From: Octopus vulgaris
Taxonomy: Eukaryota
NCBI GenBank assembly: GCA_951406725.2
Contig: OX597830.1
Span: 10,230,001-10,294,000, forward strand
DNA: 64,000 nt
Direction of reading: 5' to 3'
Shown here: piece after piece, positions 58,033-64,000 of the stretch
How positions within the stretch are numbered: the first letter of the stretch is position 1
Layout: each line of letters opens with the position of its first letter
Made by a program: the position numbers and the translations under genes
Notes under the pieces: generated by a model
Seen by the model: the letters and a program-made list of their open reading frames with translations, nothing else
Told to the model about the DNA's origin: nothing
Database searches by the model: none

Positions 58033-58768
58033 AATGTATATCGAGAAGATAGATAGGTGTGTATGTATATATGTATGCATATATGTATTTTGACATATTA
58101 AAAACATCATTTAGCTGTAATCAATTTACACCAGAGTTGTGTACTACGTAAATACGCTAGCCGAATTAGCGAGGAAATTCTTGGAACCATCTTTGAGAGC
58201 GTAAATTTCGTGGGAAAGTCGTCAAACATACTTTATCCCTAAGGATATAATTTGCTCATAGATTTGTACATGTCTATGTATGTATATACATATATGTGTG
58301 TGTGTGTGTTCACACATATATAAACATATATGTGTGGTTTAACTTTATTGTTATCTTCATTTTTCCCTGATATCTAGCACATGCTGTTGAAACAGAATAT
58401 ATGTGCGCGTGTGTGCATGTATTTGTATATACATACATACATACATATGCGTGTATATATATATATATGTATATACACTTGCAGTTATAATTATGTTAGG
58501 CTTAGTTATCAAATAGGAATATGTTCTAAAAGATGTGTGTGTGTGATAACACTGTTATCAAATAGAGGAATATTTTAACATTATAATACACAATAACACA
58601 CTTAGAATAAAACGGAATGTTTGGTAATTTAGTATTAAATACAAACCTGTTTAAGCATCGGTGCATGTATGACGGTGTGTCCATTTGGTACTCACGCAGG
58701 TGTCATTTCCACCATATATAGATACACACACACATGTATGTATGTCTCTCTATATGTGTGTATAGATA

Positions 58769-58925
58769 AGGCACAGTAGAGGTTGTGTGGTAAGAAGGTT
58801 GTTTCCCAACCACATGGTTCTGGATTCAGTCCCACTATGCGGTACCTTGGGCAAGTGTCTTTTATACCCTCGGGCCGACAAAAGCCTTGTAGATTTGGTA
58901 GACGGAAACTGAAAAAAGCCCGTCG

Positions 58926-58958
<33 letters not shown>

Positions 58959-59168
58959 ATTTGTGTGTCTGTGTTTGTCCCGCCATCATCGCTTGACAAC
59001 CGATGTCTGTGTGTTTATGTCCTAGTCACTTTACGGTTCGGCAAAAGAGACTGATAGAATAAGTACTAGGCTTACAAAGAATAAGTCCTGGGGGTCGATT
59101 TGTTCGACTGAAGGCGGTGCTCCAGCATGGCCGCAGTCAAATTACTGAAACAATTAAGAGAATAAAAG
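58769..59168 (+). mobile_element. SINE family B, full length
   Basis: Head, CCTTGGGCAAGT core, internal (TA)(TG), 3' half. Confidence 0.9.
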
Positions 59169-59195
59169 ATTGAAAGAATACCACAGAGAGAGAGA

Positions 59196-59228
<33 letters not shown>

Positions 59229-59831
59229 TCACACATACACATGTAGGGTGTTTACAAATGCCCTCTTTTCCGACCCTGGGCCGATGAATGCTTTGTAACT
59301 GAATTTGGTAAAGGGAAACTCCAGTGAAGATAGTCGTGTAGATGCATGCATGTGTGTGTGTGTGTGTGCTTGCGTGTGTATGCATGTGTGTAAAAGAGAA
59401 ACTCGTATAGGCACAGTCGTGAGTCTGTTTGCATCTATTTGGTGTTTCTGTTGGACAACCGATGTTGGTTTGTTTACGGTGCGTTAAAAAGCAATTCGTA
59501 GGACAAGTAAGTGAGTTATAGAAAATAAGTACTGAGGTCGGTTTGATTACCTGTTTCCATGCCGTATAATTGACTAATTTACCAATTAACCCTTGAATGA
59601 GGCGCCGGTCCGTTACAGAGGTCAAAGTCAGAAATTTTCAGGGCAGGGTACAAGTTGATTACATTGACCCCAGTATTTGGGTCGGGCTTTATTTTATCGA
59701 CCTGAAGAGATGAAAAGCAAAGTTGACCTCGGCAGGACTTGAACTCAAAGCTGGACGTAATGTCACTAAGCGTTATGTCAAACATGCTAAAGATTCAGCC
59801 AGATTGCCTTCAGATAGGTCTGAAGCATATA

Positions 59832-60123
59832 TAGGGTGTTCAAAAAGTCTCCCCACAGTGAATTTTTTCGTCCCGACTCTCCAAGAGTCAGACACTCCAA
59901 GAGTCAGACACTCCAAGAGTCAGACACTCCAAGATATATTTCAAAACATGTGTAGAAGAGTCAACTTATGTATTGAAAATGAAGGACGACACTTTCAACA
60001 ATTCTTATAAAGATTTTTAAAGACTTGTAAAGTCTAATATATTCTTTTGTAGTCCTATGCCATCTTATAAATATTTACTTTGCAATAAAATATTTACTGC
60101 GGAGTGACTTTTTGAACACCCTG
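59832..60123 (+). mobile_element. Tc1/mariner-superfamily internally deleted element (MITE) with both TIRs and TA TSD
   Basis: AGGGTGTTCAAAAAGTC ... GACTTTTTGAACACCCTG-TA; transposase C-terminus TLQDIFQNMCRRVNLCIENEGRHFQQFL*. Confidence 0.88.
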
Positions 60124-62029
60124 TATATATCATACTTATTTTTCCGTTGTTCTGTTTATTCCTTTGCTTTCACATATTTTGGCGAAAAACATAGTAGACG
60201 ATAATATTACGTCGGCATAATGATAAAACGTTTTTCTTAACTGATGATTATATGTATAACACGTGAAACATTTATATATCGAGTCCGAAGTCTCATGAGC
60301 AACATTATTTTAATAGCTGTACATATAAATTATATTATTGTCTCAAGAGTATCTAGGTGTTTAACTGTACACATATGTTCTCAAGCAGTGGTAGAAATTG
60401 AGAGAGTGCGCAAGGGAAAGTGATTTCCTAGTTTTTATGTGACAGAGGAGGCTTATGGCATCTCACCCTCCATCATTCTCAACTTCAGATTCAATAATAT
60501 TTACATACCTCTTGTTTCTAAAACTAATTTCCATCGCTGGACTCCACATGTTGAGCCCTGTCATGAGATTAACTTACACGTATCAATGCATCGTTGTATA
60601 TATTGCGTGACTGAATTACAAACTAGATATATACACGCATGTGTACATATATATACATATGTATGCATGTGTATGTATATTTACATGTATGTATATATGT
60701 ATATATTATTGTGTGTGCATACATATGTATATATACATATTTATATATGTGTATATACGTATATATATGTATATATACATATTTATATATGTGTATATAT
60801 GTATATATATGTATATATACATATTTATGTATGTGTATATATATAATATTTATATATGTATATATATATATATATAATATATACATATTTATACATGTAT
60901 ATATATGTATGAATATATGTGTGTATGCATATATATACACACAGATGCACATACATGTATACATATATATTCATAAATGTATATACATATATATATGAGT
61001 ATGTACATATAAATGTATATATATGTATTTTCATTTATTTGCATTAAATTATATTAATGATATCACATCTAGCAATATACACACCTACACACACATAGTT
61101 ATATATACATGTGTGTACAATATATATATTAAATGTATCTGTAATTTAAATGTGAGTGTGTATATACATGTATATATATATATATACATACACATAGACA
61201 CGTGTGTGTATGTGTGCTTGTGTGTGGGTGTGTGTATGTATATATAGAATGTAATCATGCAACGGGTGTGTATCTATATGCATATATATATACACCAATA
61301 TACGTGTGTGTAAATGTACTGATATATATTTATGCATACACGTACTTGCATAAATATATGCATACGTATGTACATAAGTGACAGAATGTATAGTCGTGTG
61401 TTCCCATCCATTTTTCAAATTCCAGAAAAGTCCCCAGAGTCATCACGGTATAGTTTACTCTGCTATTATAAGTGCCAACAAAGATTAAAGTATTGAATTT
61501 CACGTTTTTTATTATGTAAATTAATTGCATTTCAAGGACAAATATCGTTTAACCTAATTATTTCTTTAATCCTATGTAATTAAAGCCAGAAAAACTTTAA
61601 GATTCAATGTTCCCAGGCTGAGTGCTTGAAAACTGTCTTTGCTGAGGTACTAAAAATGTCGTGTTTCATTTTTTTATCTGCTGATACGTAATGGCGGAAA
61701 ATTTATATGAAAAGAAAAAGAAATATGTCATTGGGGTTAAATGTATTCAATGAAAATTGGAGAAAAAATTGATATATTAATATTATAAATAACAAATAAT
61801 CATTTCTTACATGAAATATAAAGAAAAATGTTTATTTCTGACGGAGGAGCGAGATCAGAAATTGTATGTGTGAAAGAGTGGAGCAGGGGATTATACGTAA
61901 ACTCATGTGATTGTACTTTATCAGCCCTGAAGAGAAGAAATTCAAAGCTTTGTAAGACGGGACTTGAATTGAAATGATGATGATGATGATGGCAATGATG
62001 ATGAAATCATTAATAATAATAATAATAAC

Positions 62030-62649
62030 AATCCTTTCTAAAAAAGGCACAATGCCTGAAATTTCGCGGGAGGTGTTAACTCGATTGCTCAGACCCCAGT
62101 GTCACACTGGTACTTAATTTATAGTCCCCGAAAGGAGGGGAGGCAAAGTCGACTTTGGCGGAATTTGAACTCAGAACGTCAAGAAATGCCGCTAAGTATT
62201 TTTGTCGCTAATGCCGCTAACGATTCTTTCAGCTCACCGACTTAATGATAATCCATTATGCTATAGGCACAAGGCCTATGACTTGGAAGAAGGGGACAGT
62301 CGATTACATCGGACGCAGTGCGTAACTGGTACTTATTTTATCGACCCCGAAATGACGAAAAGCAACGTCGACCTCGGAGGAATTTGAACTCAGAATGTAG
62401 CGATATGCGAAATACCTATTTCTTTACTACCCACAAGGAGCTAAACACAGAGGGGACAAACAAGGACAGACACACGGATTAAGTCGAATATATCGACCCC
62501 AGTGCGTAACTGGTACTTATTTAATCGACCCCGAAAGGATGGAAGACAAAGTCGATCTCGGCAGAATTTGAACTTAGAACGTAGCGGCAGACGAAATACC
62601 GCTAAGCATTTCGCCCGGCGCACTGACGTTTATGCCAGCTCGCCTCCTA

Positions 62650-62650
<1 letters not shown>
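62030..62650 (-). mobile_element. SINE family C monomer (62030-62243) and dimer (62260-62650)
   Basis: Same head, body and tail layout as 42820. Confidence 0.85.
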
Positions 62651-62685
<35 letters not shown>

Positions 62686-63324
62686 GGTTTAAAAATCTAG
62701 ATCATATTCATCAATTTTAGGAGTGGAGATTAGTCGATTTCGTGTATTCTGTAGAAGACTGGTATTAGATTTTATCAACCTGCGAAGTGAAAAAAGACAA
62801 TATTGAACAAGAGGTGAAGCTGAATTATGGAATGATGATGATGATGACGAGGAGGAGGAGGAGGACGATGATGATGATGACGAGGAGGAGGAGGAGGACG
62901 ATGATGATGATGACGAGGAGGAGGAGGACGACGTTGATGATGATGATGATGATGGTGATGGTAACTGTAATGGCAGTTTCACATTTAGGTAGTAAGCCAG
63001 TGAAAATTAACGAGAGTTAAACCGATATGATTGATGTTAATGTGTTAACGTTTTGTCTAGTGTTTTAACCCATATCAATGAAATGGTAAAAGAATATTTA
63101 CAAGCACATATACATTCATACATACATACATACATACATGTATTTATATATATATAAACTTTTCCTTTTTTCCACAATTTAACATGTTTTTCATACTTTA
63201 CTCTAAGTTGAAAAAGTCGCAATGACTGAAACCGGTACTAAACTGTTCTTCATGATGAACTTATTTTAGCATTTTGTACCTTGTCTTATTGTCTTTACAC
63301 ACACACACACACATATTATCATTA

Positions 63325-63700
63325 TCGTTTAACATCCGCTTTCCATACCTGCATGGGTTTGACGGTTTGACTGAAGACTGGCGAGCCAGATGGCCGCACC
63401 AGGCTCCAATCTCATCTGGCAGAGTTTCTACAGTTGGATCCCCTTCCTAACGCCAACCACACCGAGTGTAATGGATGCTTTTACGCTGGTAACAATCACG
63501 TCCGAATGGTGCCTTTTACGAGCCACCGGCACGGAAGCTAGTCAGCGGCCCTGGCAACGATCACGCTCGGACGGCGCTCTTAACGTTCCACTAGCACGGA
63601 TGCCATTCAGGCGGTGCTGTCAGAGAATTTGATTTCGATTTCACTTGCCTCAAGCAGAGTTTAGTGTCCAATGAAAGAAAGGTACTCATAAGTGGGCTGA
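63325..63700 (-). mobile_element. RTE-related short retroposon
   Basis: Minus strand GGTTGGCGTTAGGAAGGGGATCCAACTGTAGAAAC motif of the RTE 5'-derived type; ends GGATGTTAAACGATAATGAT. Confidence 0.6.
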
Positions 63701-63864
63701 ATAACTACTATAGATAGACCATAGTTAAGTTCCAGGTTCGGTGATTATGCGATTAAGGGGTCCAACGTTGGTCAAATGTCAGCGTGTGTATATAATTTTT
63801 TTTTTTCGTAATGAGATAAAAAAACCAAGGCTGTGTAGATTTTAGAACATTTAAAGATAGAGGG

Positions 63865-63910
63865 TCTTACAGCTGTTTCCAGGATATTTATTATATCCCT
63901 TCATCTGAGA
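63865..63910 (-). ncRNA. Minimal hammerhead motif with one core substitution (CAGAUGA)
   Basis: UCU-CAGAUGA-A-GGGAUAU-AAUAA-AUAUCCU-G-GAAAC-AGCU-GUA-AGA. Confidence 0.65.
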
Positions 63911-64000
63911 TAAGATGCAAAATAGAGAGTGAGAAGGAAGAAAGAAAATAGACGTGACATATGTAGGGAAATTGTATTTGTAGATCCATTTTTTATGGAA

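Noticed and set aside
60237-60280. CTGATGA...GAAAC candidate hammerhead
   Set aside because: Stem II mismatched and no stem I or GUH triplet

Overview
AT-rich, microsatellite-saturated eukaryotic non-genic DNA (intronic or intergenic). The SINE families and repeat landscape look like an octopus/coleoid cephalopod genome; this is inferred from recognition, not a database search. I could not support any host-gene exon, and nearly all ORF-track entries are simple-repeat artefacts. The one real long ORF is a young, 5'-truncated CR1-group LINE reverse transcriptase (23931-25718). The rest is dozens of tRNA-derived SINE copies, mariner/Tc1 remnants, a non-autonomous Helitron, R4/Dong-like and RTE LINE fragments, and probable decayed Penelope ORFs. 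The most interesting hidden signal is about a dozen short, non-coding elements from several families, mostly next to (TA)n tracts and often folded back on themselves, that carry type-I hammerhead ribozyme motifs of the Penelope pLTR kind. One multicopy family has the core C3:G8 pair swapped to G3:C8 (GUGAACA), another may use U3:A8, and several have unusually long stem II domains, one pair with compensatory base changes. All folds were worked out by eye and no activity has been tested.
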